This document shows positions 28,294-38,675 of a stretch of DNA of 64,000 bases, one piece after another. A program made the translations under genes and the position numbers. A model generated the notes under the pieces. That model saw nothing but the letters and a program-made list of their open reading frames with translations. It had not been told where the DNA came from and searched no databases. This DNA comes from a virus. The DNA is taken from positions 14,259 to 78,258 of IMG/VR virus record IMGVR_UViG_3300036820_000014. One strand, given 5' to 3'. How positions within the stretch are numbered: position 1 is the first letter of the stretch; each line of letters begins with the position of its first letter.

Positions 28294-30218
28294 GATGCGT
28301 TGATGGTCATGAGACCGAGTGCTAACTCCTCGGTCGGGGGGTAGAGGGTTATCTGGGCGATCCTCATCAACTCGGGGCCGTAGGTCAGCCAGCCGTAGGA
28401 GAACCTCGCGGGGATCACATCACCAGTCGCCACCCGGCCCATGAGGCCCCGAGGCCCGTCCGCGCGCTGGCGAGCGGTGGGCAACGCCTGAGCTCGAAGC
28501 GTCTTTGTCAGGTAGGCCTCGGCCGTACCGGTCAACGTCGAGAGTGGCTGATCGGGGTAGGCCGATTGTGATTTGTCCAGGATGATTCCGCCGACCCCGA
28601 GGGTCTCGCCGGAAAGGCTCAACTGCGCCGGCTTCGTCATCACGACGGTTGTGGACGAACTCACGCTTTCGATAGTCGTGCCGATGCTGAGTGCACCGTG
28701 TCGGCTGTAGATCCCCTGGCCAATGTCATCGTCGGTGAAGTCGGCCGTGGCTGACGTGGCCGTAGTCGAGCCTTGGGTGAAGACCCCATCGAATACGACT
28801 CGACCGCCGAGGGAGCTCGGGAACGCTGCGTAACCGATCTCCGCTGCAGGACCGGTCTGGCCTTGACCGAGGACACGCTGAGCGGTGGCAACCTGGGAAC
28901 CGTCGACGCCACCTTCTAGGTCGGTCACATCGCCAAGGTCGATCTCGACCGGATAGTTATATTTCGTAGAGCCCTTGCCGGGGTTCGAGTACAGATGCAG
29001 CCATCGCTGGTGGCCGGTGGCATCCCATTGGAACTCGTAGTCGGCCACGCCGATCGATGGGAACTCCTGGAGCGCGTCGAGGATCCCCTGGTTGTCGGAA
29101 AACTGGTAGGCCCGCTGCAGGACAGTTCCCGTCAGACCGCCGGTGGTCGGGCCCCAAGCCATCGGGGACTTGCCACGGTTCGGGTCTTGGGCGTAATGGA
29201 TGATGAGACTGACGATGTCGAAGACGTCAGAACCGTCCGAAGCCGATGACACCGACTCGGGAACCGCTGCCGTGCATGCGTCCCAGACGACGCTCGTTGC
29301 CGGGCAGTAGAGACGGAAGTCGAGTGTCCAGGTCGTGAACGGTGGGACCTCGATCGTGGTTTCCAGCCGGGTCCAGATGCCCTTCGGCGTTGTATTCGTG
29401 ATCTCCTGGAAAGAGACCGCGACGAGGTTGTCGTCCGAATCGGTTGCCTGGAGATAGAGCCCTCGCTGTTGCCATGCCTGACCGTGCCAAGCCACGGCGG
29501 GGTCGATCCACACCCAGGCGGCGAAGTCGATCTCATCGCCGTCTCCGCCCGAGGTGAACGTAACCTCCTGGTGGAGGTAGACGTTGGCCTCGAGCGTCCC
29601 CTGCGCGAGCCGCGCGGCCTTCTTGCCGACCAGGACAACGCGCGTTTCCTCCTCGATGAAGATGTCCGACGTCGCTGACCAGTTCACGAGCGGGCCCAGC
29701 TCGAAGCTCGGGTTCAGGAGGTAGTTGGTGGTGACCGGTCCGAAAAGCAACTGTTGGAGAACCCATAGGAAGCCCTGGCACGTGAGGTGCACCTGGTCCT
29801 TGTCGAAGGTCGCGCTCACCGGCCAGCCCCACCAGATGAGCACCTGGTCTCGCCATATCTGAATCTCAGCAACGCCCGGGATTGACTCGATCGGCAAGAG
29901 CGAAGCGTGCGGATCGGTGATCGAGAAGTCGATGAGCGCTTGGCCGAGGTCGTCTAGGTCCCACTCGACCTGAGTCGGAACGGCCGTAGTGAGTTTGCCG
30001 GTAGCGATGCCGTACTTGTCACAGACGATGACCTCGTAATCGTGCAAGCCGCCGGGCCCCGGAACAGGGTTCGGCATTGGTGGCTCCGCGTAAGCGCTGA
30101 ACCATGCACGAGAGACGGCGCGTGAAAAGAACGCTGCGTCGGTCGGCGGCGGCGGCGGCGGCGTTGGGGCAAACCATGCGCGCGATACCGCACGTGAGAA
30201 GAAGGCCGCGTCGGTCAT
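28290..30218 (-). CDS. minor tail (hub/Tal-like) protein with CBM-like and shared S/T-rich domains
   Basis: IWRDQVLIWWG, NYLLNPSFE..W CBM-like insert; position after Dit. Confidence 0.75.
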   Translation of the reverse strand: MTDAAFFSRAVSRAWFAPTPPPPPPTDAAFFSRAVSRAWFSAYAEPPMPNPVPGPGGLHDYEVIVCDKYGIATGKLTTAVPTQVEWDLDDLGQALIDFSITDPHASLLPIESIPGVAEIQIWRDQVLIWWGWPVSATFDKDQVHLTCQGFLWVLQQLLFGPVTTNYLLNPSFELGPLVNWSATSDIFIEEETRVVLVGKKAARLAQGTLEANVYLHQEVTFTSGGDGDEIDFAAWVWIDPAVAWHGQAWQQRGLYLQATDSDDNLVAVSFQEITNTTPKGIWTRLETTIEVPPFTTWTLDFRLYCPATSVVWDACTAAVPESVSSASDGSDVFDIVSLIIHYAQDPNRGKSPMAWGPTTGGLTGTVLQRAYQFSDNQGILDALQEFPSIGVADYEFQWDATGHQRWLHLYSNPGKGSTKYNYPVEIDLGDVTDLEGGVDGSQVATAQRVLGQGQTGPAAEIGYAAFPSSLGGRVVFDGVFTQGSTTATSATADFTDDDIGQGIYSRHGALSIGTTIESVSSSTTVVMTKPAQLSLSGETLGVGGIILDKSQSAYPDQPLSTLTGTAEAYLTKTLRAQALPTARQRADGPRGLMGRVATGDVIPARFSYGWLTYGPELMRIAQITLYPPTEELALGLMTINAS

Positions 30219-31126
30219 ACCCAAGCGGGGTAGTACGAGATCGAACCGCCGATCGTGTCCGGAGAAACAGCCAGTTCGGTTGTGCCGACAGGAGCCACCA
30301 GCATTGGCGTCTCCAAATTGCGCAGGTAGTAGTAGTTGTTCCCGTCAGCGTCTTCGATCGTTTCGTTGTAGAAGTCGATGACGAGTGTCGACGGGATGTT
30401 TCCCAGCGTTGGTGCGCCGGCCGGCACTGTGGGCTTCCTAATCTGCATGACCAGGCTGCCGAGAGTGAGGCTGATCGGCCCATCGCCGCCCCCTGTATCG
30501 GTGAGCGTCACCACCATGTTCGAGCTGGGCGTATTGCCGCTGTTCGCGATGTTGAGCGTCCCGTCAGAAAGGTCAGCGGTGGAGGCTTCCTGGGTGTACT
30601 TGAACGGGTCCTCGGCGTAGAACTCCAATTCCGCCTTGAACAGATAGACGGTCGACCCCGGCGGTATCCCGACTAACGGATCCAGGTCTCCTTCCTGGCT
30701 CTGAGCCGCGAGTGTGGTGTACCCCAGATCGGTGTAGGTCAGCTTTCCTTGATTCGAGTTGCCAGACCGCACGATCGTTATCTGCTTCGGCACCTCCTCA
30801 TAGACGTAGAAGGTGCCAGTCGCGCCGGTCAGGTCGAGTGCGCCGGCGAGCAAGTACTTAGAGGCCTGGCGATTGACCTCAGTGGTGGCGTGCCCGTAGA
30901 TCGTCATTACGATCGAGCGTCCGCGATAGTGCAAGTCGGAGGGGATCTCTCCTTGAGCTCGTGGAGTGTTGCCGATCTTCGTGAGCATCGACACACGCAT
31001 GTCCGGAGAATCCCAGCCTCCGACGTCGTCTTGAAGTGTCCAGTAGGTGCCCTCGGCGTCGGCAGTCCCGGTGTTAACCGGGATCACTCCGTTGATGTTG
31101 TATTCGGTAAATCCGAAGTCATTCAT
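30215..31126 (-). CDS. distal tail protein (Dit-like)
   Basis: GWDSP.MR, AEDPFKY, NSGNTPS; follows the tape measure. Confidence 0.75.
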   Translation of the reverse strand: MNDFGFTEYNINGVIPVNTGTADAEGTYWTLQDDVGGWDSPDMRVSMLTKIGNTPRAQGEIPSDLHYRGRSIVMTIYGHATTEVNRQASKYLLAGALDLTGATGTFYVYEEVPKQITIVRSGNSNQGKLTYTDLGYTTLAAQSQEGDLDPLVGIPPGSTVYLFKAELEFYAEDPFKYTQEASTADLSDGTLNIANSGNTPSSNMVVTLTDTGGGDGPISLTLGSLVMQIRKPTVPAGAPTLGNIPSTLVIDFYNETIEDADGNNYYYLRNLETPMLVAPVGTTELAVSPDTIGGSISYYPAWV

Positions 31127-34100
31127 CGGGCGAGCTTCGCTCCTACGGTGCGGCCAGCCGCTCGAGATGCCCCGTCACTGGCGGACCTCGGAAGCCCCGC
31201 TCCTGGCATCAGGGTGAGTTTCTGCGTCTTCTGCATCTCTTCGAGTTGCTGACGCATGAGAAGAGCCATGGCTCGAAGTTGCGTTAGCTCCTGCTGGTGC
31301 AGAGAGAACTCGCGCTCGGCGAGCTCGTGGCCTTGGCTGAAGTGAGCTGTGCAGTCAGCGAGCGCCTGGTTGGCCGAAGCCGCGAGCGCGGACGTCGAGG
31401 CTTCGATCTCGGTGATAAGGCGGATCTTCTCGACGCCTTGCTGCACCTCGGCGGTCTCCAAGATCACCAGACGAGAGAGGCTGTCCTTCTGTGTCGTGGA
31501 TAGCTCCAGGCCTCGGATCTGGAGTTCGGATCCGGACAATGCCAGCGTGAGCATCCGATCATCGGTGAAGTTGACCTGCTCGAGCACCTGGGTCTGGCGG
31601 AGAAGCGAGTCCACCTGGCGCTGCAATAGCGAGAGCGTCACTGCTGGAGCGATAGGCGCGGCCTCGACGCGGTGCTCGGCGAACGACCGAGCCATGAGCG
31701 CCAGTTTCTCTCTGGTGATGGTGACGTCGTCTCTGATCGCCAGAGTGAGAACCTCAATTGCTGGGATGAGATCCTGCTCCACGCGCGCCGAGTTCCGCAG
31801 CGTCGCAATCGACTCGTTGAGACGAAGCGCGAGAGAAGGCACCGAAGCCTGGAGACGGGTCATGGATTGCACAAGGCCCGGTGTCTCTGCAACAAGCTGA
31901 GCCAGCGTCGCCGTAAGCCGTTCGTACAATTCGCGTGTCTGGGTTCTGACCACCGCCGTTGAGGAGCCTTCAGCGTGAGCCTGAAGTCCAATGTTCAAAG
32001 TCGGATTCAGGCGAGCGAACTCCGCCGTTATCTTGGCCACGAACTGACGGATGGCTTCGACCATGACGCTGAAGCGAGAGGTGAATCCCACCGCGATCCC
32101 TTCGGGAATGGCTTCTCCGATAGGCACCATCGTCTTTGCTGGCGAAGCGACACCGAAGTCAGCCGAAATCTTGTCGATCGTCGCAGCCGTCATCTTGCCC
32201 GCCGCCGCTAGAAGGTTTGGATTGCTGTTGATGATTCCGGCGACCACGCCAGCGGTCACCTCCTGGCCGGCGTTGGTGGCGAGGCCTGCCGCCTTCTTCC
32301 ACCGAGCATTGAACTCGGCGACGAACTTGTCGGCTTGTGCTGTCTGGCCAGTCGAGATCAGGTTCGTGAATGTGACGAGGTTTCCCTTCTTGGCAAAGTC
32401 CGACAACTCCGCTCCGGTGATGTGCAGCTGGTTGGCGAGAGCTCCGAGGTTCGGGATGGCCTTCGAAACGAGGTCCTGGTGCTTGACGAAGACATCGTTC
32501 GTTCCGGCCAGAGATGCTCCAAGTTTGTAGAGGGGGTCCTTCGTCGAGTCGGCCCACTTAGCGATGCTCTGTATGCCGCCCACAAGACCGGTGATCAGCT
32601 TGATGAAGGGCTGAAGGATCGCGGTGATGATCTTGACCGCACCGGCTAGAGCGCCGCCCAGCACCTTCGCGACGTCAGCGATGACTCCGGACAGCGGCGT
32701 CAGGAGTTTGAGCAGCGGAGAAATCAGATCGACCACCAGGGTCAACAGTGGTGCGAGCAGCGGAGTAAGGGCCTTCAATAACTGACCGAGTGGTGCGAGC
32801 AACGGAGTAAGTGCCGAGAGCACCTGGCCGATGGCCTTACCGAGCGAGCCGATCACCGGTGCAATAACCGCGAGGATCGACTGGAGCGGGCCAGCAAGGG
32901 CCTTGACGATCTGTTCGATTATCGGCGCGAGCACCTTGAAGAGTCCAGCAACGACGGTGAGAGCCGGGCCCAGAATCGAGGACAGCGCCGACACCAGGGT
33001 TCCGATGACCGGGGCTAGGGCTCGGATAACCGGAGCAAGAGTCTGTCCAAGCTGGCTGACGAGCTGACCCAGAATCGTGATGATCTGATCGATAGGCGGC
33101 ATCAGCGCCTTGAACGCCGGCATGAGGGCTTGGATCAAAGTCTCATTGAGGAATGCGATCGCAGAAAGCAAAGGCTCGAGTCCCTTGACGATCTCGGCGA
33201 AGGCTGGACCCAGCGCCTTTACGAGGTCATCGACGATCGCTTCGATGGGTGGCAAGAGATCCGCCAGTGCCGGCGCCAGGTCCTTAACGATGCTGTCGAC
33301 AAGGCCCCCGATCGGCACAAGCAATTGGATCAACGGTGGGAGCAGGAGCCCCACCGCCTTTATCACCGTGTCGAACACGGGAGCGAGAAGCTTGATGGCA
33401 TCGACCAGGCCGACCCCGAGGATCTTGACCAGGTTCCCGATGACCGGGCCGAGCGTGTTGAACACCGGACCGAGCGCCGTGAAAGCGGCCGACAGTTCCT
33501 TTCCCAAGATGGCGATGACCGGCGTGAGCGGCTTCAGAAGTTCTGTCAGCGCCTTGAGCACGACCTGGCCGAGCGGGATCAGAGCGTCTTCGACCGAGGC
33601 CTTGAGTGACTTCCATGTGCCGGAAAACGTGTTCAGTTTGTCCTGGGCCGCTTTGCTTGCGGCACCTGAACGAGTGACAGCTGCGGCGGCCTTGTCGTAG
33701 GCCGGCACTCCGGCCTCGATGATCTGCCCGACCTTCTGTGCCGAGGTCGCGCCGAAGAGGTTCTGATCGGCGAGATCCCGAGCCGCTGGCGTGAGTTTCG
33801 CCAGAGCTGGTTGCAACTGAGCGATCAGCTTCCGCATGCCCTCGAACTTGCCGCCGACGTCGATCGTCGAGATGCCGAGCTGCTTCAGGGTGGCGTTGAC
33901 CTTGCTGTTGCCGACAGCCGACCCGTCTTGGATGTTCTTCAGGCTCGTCGCCGCCTGCCCCGCCTTCGTCTGAGCCGCAGCGACATTCTGGAGTGCGACC
34001 GAGTGGCGTTGCTGGGCAGCGGTCACGGCAAGTTCGGCCGACTTAATCGCTTCCTGCTGAGCGATCGTCGGATCGGCCGCGTCGTTGTATTCGGTCGTTG

Positions 34101-35304
34101 CGGCAGTGAGACGTTGTTGAGCGGCAATAACCGAACTCATCGATTCGGTCGCCGAGTTTTGGGCTGACTTGATCGAGAGGCCAGCCTTGGTGACGGAATC
34201 CTGAGCGGTTTGAAGCGATTTGGCGGTCGCGGTGCCGGCGTTACCGACCTCACCCAAGAAGTGCTGGAACGCTGAGCCCAGAGCGTTGATGCCTCGGGTC
34301 CCTTGGAGCCCGGCGCTATTGGCCGCGTCGATGATCAGGGTCGAGGTGCCGGCGAGACTGGGCGACAGATCGCCGAGTGTGGAGTGAAGACGAGCGAGTG
34401 ATGTAGTCAGGCTGGTAACAGGCACTCCAAGCGCGCTCGAGGTATTGAACAGGACGTTGCTCGCGGCGGCCGTTCCTTTGACCTGGATCGAGAATGCGCG
34501 CATGACTGTCGCCAAAGCCGAAGTGGTGGCTCCGAGGTCGCTGTTCGATGCCTCTGCCAGATCCGCCGCTGACTTCATAAACAGGAGGTCTTGGCTCGCA
34601 GTCAGTGCATGGCCTTGGAGTGTGGCGAGCTGAGCCGACACGGGCGCGAGCGCCGCAACCATTTGAGACGCGCCGAAGGTCGTGGTCCCGGCCGTGCTCA
34701 GCAGCGCCTTGCCGATAGCGTTCGCCTGCGCCTGGGTAATCCCAGCAACTCCTTGCAACTGAGCGACGGCCGTCTGGAACTTCACCGCCGTATCGGCAGC
34801 GATCCCTCCGATGGCGGCAATGCCCAGCGCCGTTCCGCCTACGATTTTCGACCCCAACGATGCGAAGATCCCACCGCTCGCCTCGGCGTCTGAAGCAGCG
34901 GACTTCTGTGCTGCAGCGGCCTCGCCCGCGGCGACCTTCTGTGTCTCGGCCGTCTTGACGCTGGCCCCACGAATCGCATCGGACGCGGCCGTGATTCGCT
35001 CGGCCGAAGTCTCGGACGCCGCTGCCAGGCCGGCCAGCGAGTCCGCCCCTACCGACTCCGTCAGCTTGAGTTGGTCGGCGATGCTCTTGTTGGAATCATC
35101 GATCTTGACGCCAGCACCTTCGACCTTGGCGGCGGCGTCGTCGGCGCTTGTGCCCAACTTGTCGTAGGCACCCTGGTCTGCTGTCGTGTCGAGCGTCGGC
35201 GTCGCAGTCTGAGCGGCGAACGCCGCGTCGATCTTGGCCTGGGTCTCCTCATCGAACCCGGTAAGGAGGGGCCGCAGGGCGACCCAGGCCTCGCCGACGA
35301 TCAC
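31123..35304 (-). CDS. tape measure protein
   Basis: 1393 aa, Ala-rich, periodic L..L.P amphipathic repeats; IVGEAWV.LRP N-terminus. Confidence 0.9.
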   Translation of the reverse strand: MIVGEAWVALRPLLTGFDEETQAKIDAAFAAQTATPTLDTTADQGAYDKLGTSADDAAAKVEGAGVKIDDSNKSIADQLKLTESVGADSLAGLAAASETSAERITAASDAIRGASVKTAETQKVAAGEAAAAQKSAASDAEASGGIFASLGSKIVGGTALGIAAIGGIAADTAVKFQTAVAQLQGVAGITQAQANAIGKALLSTAGTTTFGASQMVAALAPVSAQLATLQGHALTASQDLLFMKSAADLAEASNSDLGATTSALATVMRAFSIQVKGTAAASNVLFNTSSALGVPVTSLTTSLARLHSTLGDLSPSLAGTSTLIIDAANSAGLQGTRGINALGSAFQHFLGEVGNAGTATAKSLQTAQDSVTKAGLSIKSAQNSATESMSSVIAAQQRLTAATTEYNDAADPTIAQQEAIKSAELAVTAAQQRHSVALQNVAAAQTKAGQAATSLKNIQDGSAVGNSKVNATLKQLGISTIDVGGKFEGMRKLIAQLQPALAKLTPAARDLADQNLFGATSAQKVGQIIEAGVPAYDKAAAAVTRSGAASKAAQDKLNTFSGTWKSLKASVEDALIPLGQVVLKALTELLKPLTPVIAILGKELSAAFTALGPVFNTLGPVIGNLVKILGVGLVDAIKLLAPVFDTVIKAVGLLLPPLIQLLVPIGGLVDSIVKDLAPALADLLPPIEAIVDDLVKALGPAFAEIVKGLEPLLSAIAFLNETLIQALMPAFKALMPPIDQIITILGQLVSQLGQTLAPVIRALAPVIGTLVSALSSILGPALTVVAGLFKVLAPIIEQIVKALAGPLQSILAVIAPVIGSLGKAIGQVLSALTPLLAPLGQLLKALTPLLAPLLTLVVDLISPLLKLLTPLSGVIADVAKVLGGALAGAVKIITAILQPFIKLITGLVGGIQSIAKWADSTKDPLYKLGASLAGTNDVFVKHQDLVSKAIPNLGALANQLHITGAELSDFAKKGNLVTFTNLISTGQTAQADKFVAEFNARWKKAAGLATNAGQEVTAGVVAGIINSNPNLLAAAGKMTAATIDKISADFGVASPAKTMVPIGEAIPEGIAVGFTSRFSVMVEAIRQFVAKITAEFARLNPTLNIGLQAHAEGSSTAVVRTQTRELYERLTATLAQLVAETPGLVQSMTRLQASVPSLALRLNESIATLRNSARVEQDLIPAIEVLTLAIRDDVTITREKLALMARSFAEHRVEAAPIAPAVTLSLLQRQVDSLLRQTQVLEQVNFTDDRMLTLALSGSELQIRGLELSTTQKDSLSRLVILETAEVQQGVEKIRLITEIEASTSALAASANQALADCTAHFSQGHELAEREFSLHQQELTQLRAMALLMRQQLEEMQKTQKLTLMPGAGLPRSASDGASRAAGRTVGAKLAR

Positions 35305-35696
35305 TTAGGTAGTCGCTTCCGGAAGAGCCGTGGCTTGTCGCTTCTGGAACTCCTCGAGGTCTCGTTGCCGTTGCGCCCAGGCGCGCTCGACAAAGGCGTC
35401 GACGTTTCTGACTCCCAGTCCCTTCGCCGTCCGACGTGCCGAAGCGTCCTGCTCGCGTGCCGCCTGCTCGGCGGACTTGCGGGCTTTCTCCTCTGGCCAG
35501 TCCAGGGACAGGTCGATCTCTCTTCGCCTGTCCGGGTCGAACGCGACGTTCTCGACAATGAGCGCGTAGGCCAGATTGAGCAGCCGACGGAGCGGCAGAT
35601 CAGTCGGGTCGACGTTGGCAAGAACGCAACGTGCATCTATCAGAGGCCAGTTTTCGTCCGCCCACGCCGCGAGGGCGAGGACGGCGTGGTAGGGCG
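35305..35696 (-). CDS. tail assembly chaperone, -1 frameshift extension (GT-like)
   Basis: -1 frame relative to 35640-36029; overlap at CGC CCT ACC. Confidence 0.7.
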
Positions 35697-36029
35697 GCCG
35701 GTATCTACCTCCGTAACCCACGCAATGATGTCTCCAAGGACCGCTGCGTCGATGATCGGAGACCCGGGGCCAGTGCGTTGACAGAACTCCGCGAACCGCG
35801 CGTACTCCTCCTTGTCCATGGCTTTACGGAAAAACTCCAACCACGAGTCGGTGTCTTGAGACACGGCGGACCCGGTAACGCGAAGCGTCGTGAATTGAGG
35901 CACCCGATGGGGATAGACAACGAACTGCTCGGACAGCGACGTCCCTTCATCGTCTTGGTAAGCGAGCTTGAACGTCTCGCTCTGTTCTTCCTTCGCCCTG
36001 TGGGCGATTTCGAATTGCTTCACTGGCAC
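35640..36029 (-). CDS. tail assembly chaperone (G-like)
   Basis: DIIAWVTE..TGRPT ending; AAGGAG RBS; upstream of the tape measure. Confidence 0.8.
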   Translation of the reverse strand: MPVKQFEIAHRAKEEQSETFKLAYQDDEGTSLSEQFVVYPHRVPQFTTLRVTGSAVSQDTDSWLEFFRKAMDKEEYARFAEFCQRTGPGSPIIDAAVLGDIIAWVTEVDTGRPTTPSSPSRRGRTKTGL

Positions 36030-36051
36030 TTGGGGGTTGCTCCTTTTCTCG

Positions 36052-36534
36052 TCAGACTCCGCCGCCGGATTCGAGGCACACGGCCTGCATGGCTCTAGTG
36101 ACGAAGTCGTTCTTTTTGGGGGGTGGGTGTGACTTGACGTACTTGCGAAAAACGGGAGCGCCGTCCTTGAACCACCGCAGGACGCCATCGGGATCTTTGG
36201 GCTCGATCGGGTACGGTCCGCCGGACGGAGCGACCAGTAGCCCGAGCGCGGAAACGTCCGAGCTCGATCCGCCGCCGCGTGTGAGCGTCGATCCGATCAG
36301 GATCATGGGTGTCTCACCGAAGATCAGTCGGCGCTCCATGGTGTCGCGCAGGTGCTTGCTGGTTCGTGGCTGGCCGTCGTCGCCCGCCTCTTTGCCAACA
36401 GGGCAGTCGGCGATTGCCACCGCCAGGATCCGGTCGGCGAACTGGCGCCATTGCGGGCTCTGGGATACGGCGGAGTTCAGAACTGGCTGACCGTACGAGA
36501 CATAACGAGCGCCCGTCACTTGTTGCCACAGCAC
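36052..36534 (-). CDS. tail completion / HK97 gp10-like protein
   Basis: CPV...HLRD, IEPK...LRW...VFRKYV.HP...NDF..RAM. Confidence 0.7.
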   Translation of the reverse strand: MLWQQVTGARYVSYGQPVLNSAVSQSPQWRQFADRILAVAIADCPVGKEAGDDGQPRTSKHLRDTMERRLIFGETPMILIGSTLTRGGGSSSDVSALGLLVAPSGGPYPIEPKDPDGVLRWFKDGAPVFRKYVKSHPPPKKNDFVTRAMQAVCLESGGGV

Positions 36535-36719
36535 ATCTGGGTGAGCACCTCAGGAGGCGCCTCGCCTCGGTTGCCGGTCTCTGAGATGAGGCCAGCTGCA
36601 AGCCATCCTTCAAGGCGCGCGTCGTTCTCGTCGACGTCGGCCCAGCGACCGGCGGTCAGCCGACCTACGCCGCAATTGGCGAAGACTCGCCTCTTTCCCG
36701 CTTCGAGTCGCCCGGCCAT
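36516..36719 (-). CDS. hypothetical protein
   Basis: Short ORF overlapping the next start. Confidence 0.45.
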   Translation of the reverse strand: MAGRLEAGKRRVFANCGVGRLTAGRWADVDENDARLEGWLAAGLISETGNRGEAPPEVLTQMCCGNK

Positions 36720-36810
36720 TCATGAATGGTTCACGATTCATGACCCATTAGATAGCCCTATGGCGACTAGGTAATGCGCCAGAGTTTCAGGGCGATTAGA
36801 AACGGCACCC

Positions 36811-37296
36811 ATGGAAGAGGACCGTCTGACCTACTGGACGCGATACCCAGACCTAGAAACAGGACCGCTCTGGGTGGGATTGCACCTGCACCGCAGAGCT
36901 GGCGCAACTGTGCTCGTCGGGCTCGAAACCTGGACCGAGGCACCCGGACGGGCCAGACGCTCGCTCGGTCCGGAAGCACCTGACAACGATGAGCTCCAGC
37001 TCTGGCCACCTCGGCCGTTGCATCTGGCGGATCTGCGCCGGCTGAGGTTCCGGGAGTTGCTCGACCAGCTATTCGCTGCGCTCCGAGATCGGGACCTCGC
37101 CGTGAACTGGCGGCCAGCTCGGCCAGGACGGCCAAAGGTCTACGACGATGCCCACTACGAGCGAGTCGCTGGTATTTACCTCAGGGCGAGGGCCAGCAAG
37201 AGCCCGCCTGTACAGGCCGTACAGGCGACCTGGAACGTCTCACGGGGCACAGCGGCCGGTTGGGTGGCCAAGGCTCGAGCCGCCGGTTGGTTGTGA
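36811..37296 (+). CDS. DNA-binding protein (DUF6214-like, C-terminal HTH)
   Basis: RPGRP..YDD.HY.RVA.IY......P.QAV...W.VSRGTAA.WV.KAR..G.L. Confidence 0.7.
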   Translation: MEEDRLTYWTRYPDLETGPLWVGLHLHRRAGATVLVGLETWTEAPGRARRSLGPEAPDNDELQLWPPRPLHLADLRRLRFRELLDQLFAALRDRDLAVNWRPARPGRPKVYDDAHYERVAGIYLRARASKSPPVQAVQATWNVSRGTAAGWVAKARAAGWL

Positions 37297-37430
37297 CCCC
37301 ACACGCGCAGCGACTCCGAGCCTGGGACCGGATCACCATGCTGGGCATCGGTCCTTCATCAGCTCGGGGCCACGGACTCCAGCCAATGGAAGAGACGGGA
37401 GGCTGCGCCGTTAGGTAAGAGTGAGGACTC

Positions 37431-37964
37431 TTACCCGGTGACGCTCATCGTCAGCTCGGCGGCTTCCCCCGCGCTGACCGTGACCTCTACCGAACCGGAC
37501 TCGCCGAAAGGCTGACCGGAAGGGTCATCAACCGCAGAGCCGTCCGAGTTGATGAGAGGAACCGGAGCGAGGTTCGCTGTGCCCTCGGCAACCATCGTGA
37601 GAGGCGCCGACCACAGGCCAGGCGTGGCTCCAGCTACGGCATCGCCTACGGTCAGAGCCGCCGGATTGTCCGAGGTCGCGGAGGGTGCGATCGGGAAACC
37701 TGTAACCGAGTCGTTCGGCCCGGCGGTGTCGTCCAGGTGGTCATCGGTGAATTGGAAAACGGCTGCGCCATCGGTGGTGTCGACGGTAAAACTTGTTCCC
37801 ATTTTGGGCTCCTTAGTGACGGTCATGGCGAGCCACGATGCTCTCCGGGGATTCGGTACGACCTGGACCTGAAGCGGTTGCTCAGGCCAGTGGAAGTGGA
37901 CGTGTAGCTCGATCGACGTCGGCGCCAGAGCGTCGACTGCGGGAACCTCGTCGTCTGCGTCCAC
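37431..37964 (-). CDS. Ig-like domain protein
   Basis: SDNPAALTV...GTANL...VEVTVSAGEA; may start at 37803 (MGTSF). Confidence 0.55.
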   Translation of the reverse strand: MDADDEVPAVDALAPTSIELHVHFHWPEQPLQVQVVPNPRRASWLAMTVTKEPKMGTSFTVDTTDGAAVFQFTDDHLDDTAGPNDSVTGFPIAPSATSDNPAALTVGDAVAGATPGLWSAPLTMVAEGTANLAPVPLINSDGSAVDDPSGQPFGESGSVEVTVSAGEAAELTMSVTG

Positions 37965-38018
37965 CGCGGCGCACGATAGCGCGGGAAGTCGGTCATCGCT
38001 CAGCTCGGTGGTTGGTGG

Positions 38019-38285
38019 TCATCCTCCAGCCACATGGAGCCCAGTCGCTTCACGGAGTAGCTGGTGGGCCATCGCTGTGGCCATCTCCAAAGGGAAGGGG
38101 AAGATCTGGCTACCTGTCGAGTGCTCGATCCTGAGCGCTACGGCCGGCACGGCCTTCCCCTGGTCGTCTTGACCCATGACCCGTTCCACGCCGAACGCCA
38201 TGGGTAGCCCAAGCATGACGTTCATGAAGGGTTCGAGGGTGGTTCTTTGTGTCCCGTCAGGATCGTGTCCGTTGTCCGCTGCCAT
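38019..38285 (-). CDS. hypothetical protein
   Basis: VALRIEHSTG...A..MA..L...ATGL. Confidence 0.55.
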   Translation of the reverse strand: MAADNGHDPDGTQRTTLEPFMNVMLGLPMAFGVERVMGQDDQGKAVPAVALRIEHSTGSQIFPFPLEMATAMAHQLLREATGLHVAGG

Positions 38286-38312
38286 CGTCGGCAACCTAGT
38301 ACCGAGACGCGA

Positions 38313-38442
38313 AGGGAGCCAGGGTCGGACGAACCCTGGCTCTCCCTCCGAGGACGGCGTGAACGTCCGGCTCGCACGCTATCGAATGCGGCCCTCAAAT
38401 AACCGAGGCCCCGGGGTGGGGGGAACCCGACCCGGGGCCTCG
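38313..38442 (-). terminator. two tandem GC-rich stem-loops
   Basis: GAGCCAGGGT/ACCCTGGCTC (within 38313-38347) and CGAGGCCCCGGG/CCCGGGGCCTCG (38404-38442). Confidence 0.55.
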
Positions 38443-38470
38443 ACGGCGGTGCAGATACATCAGCTAGCGG

Positions 38471-38626
38471 TTACCGCCTGCCGATGAGCAGGTCCGCAGC
38501 CGCCTCTTCGATGAGCCACGAGGCGACGCCTCCCACGGGTTCCCTCACAGCCCCCGTAGCGGTCACCTCGTACCCGCACCCATCGAGCACTTCGAGCGTC
38601 TGGTTGTGCTTCCAATTCTGTGGCAT
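38471..38626 (-). CDS. 51-aa protein under operator control (not in ORF track)
   Basis: GGAGG RBS, ATG; MPQNWKHNQTLEVLDGCG...LLIGRR. Confidence 0.6.
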   Translation of the reverse strand: MPQNWKHNQTLEVLDGCGYEVTATGAVREPVGGVASWLIEEAAADLLIGRR

Positions 38627-38658
38627 TTGGTTCCTCCGTTTGGGTTGGTGCCCACAGT

Positions 38659-38675
38659 CTATAACTCTGTTTTAG
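38659..38675. promoter_or_regulatory. 17-bp operator copy 4 / promoter
   Basis: CTATAA-CTCTG-TTTTAG; minus strand TTGGCA...TATAGA. Confidence 0.7.
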
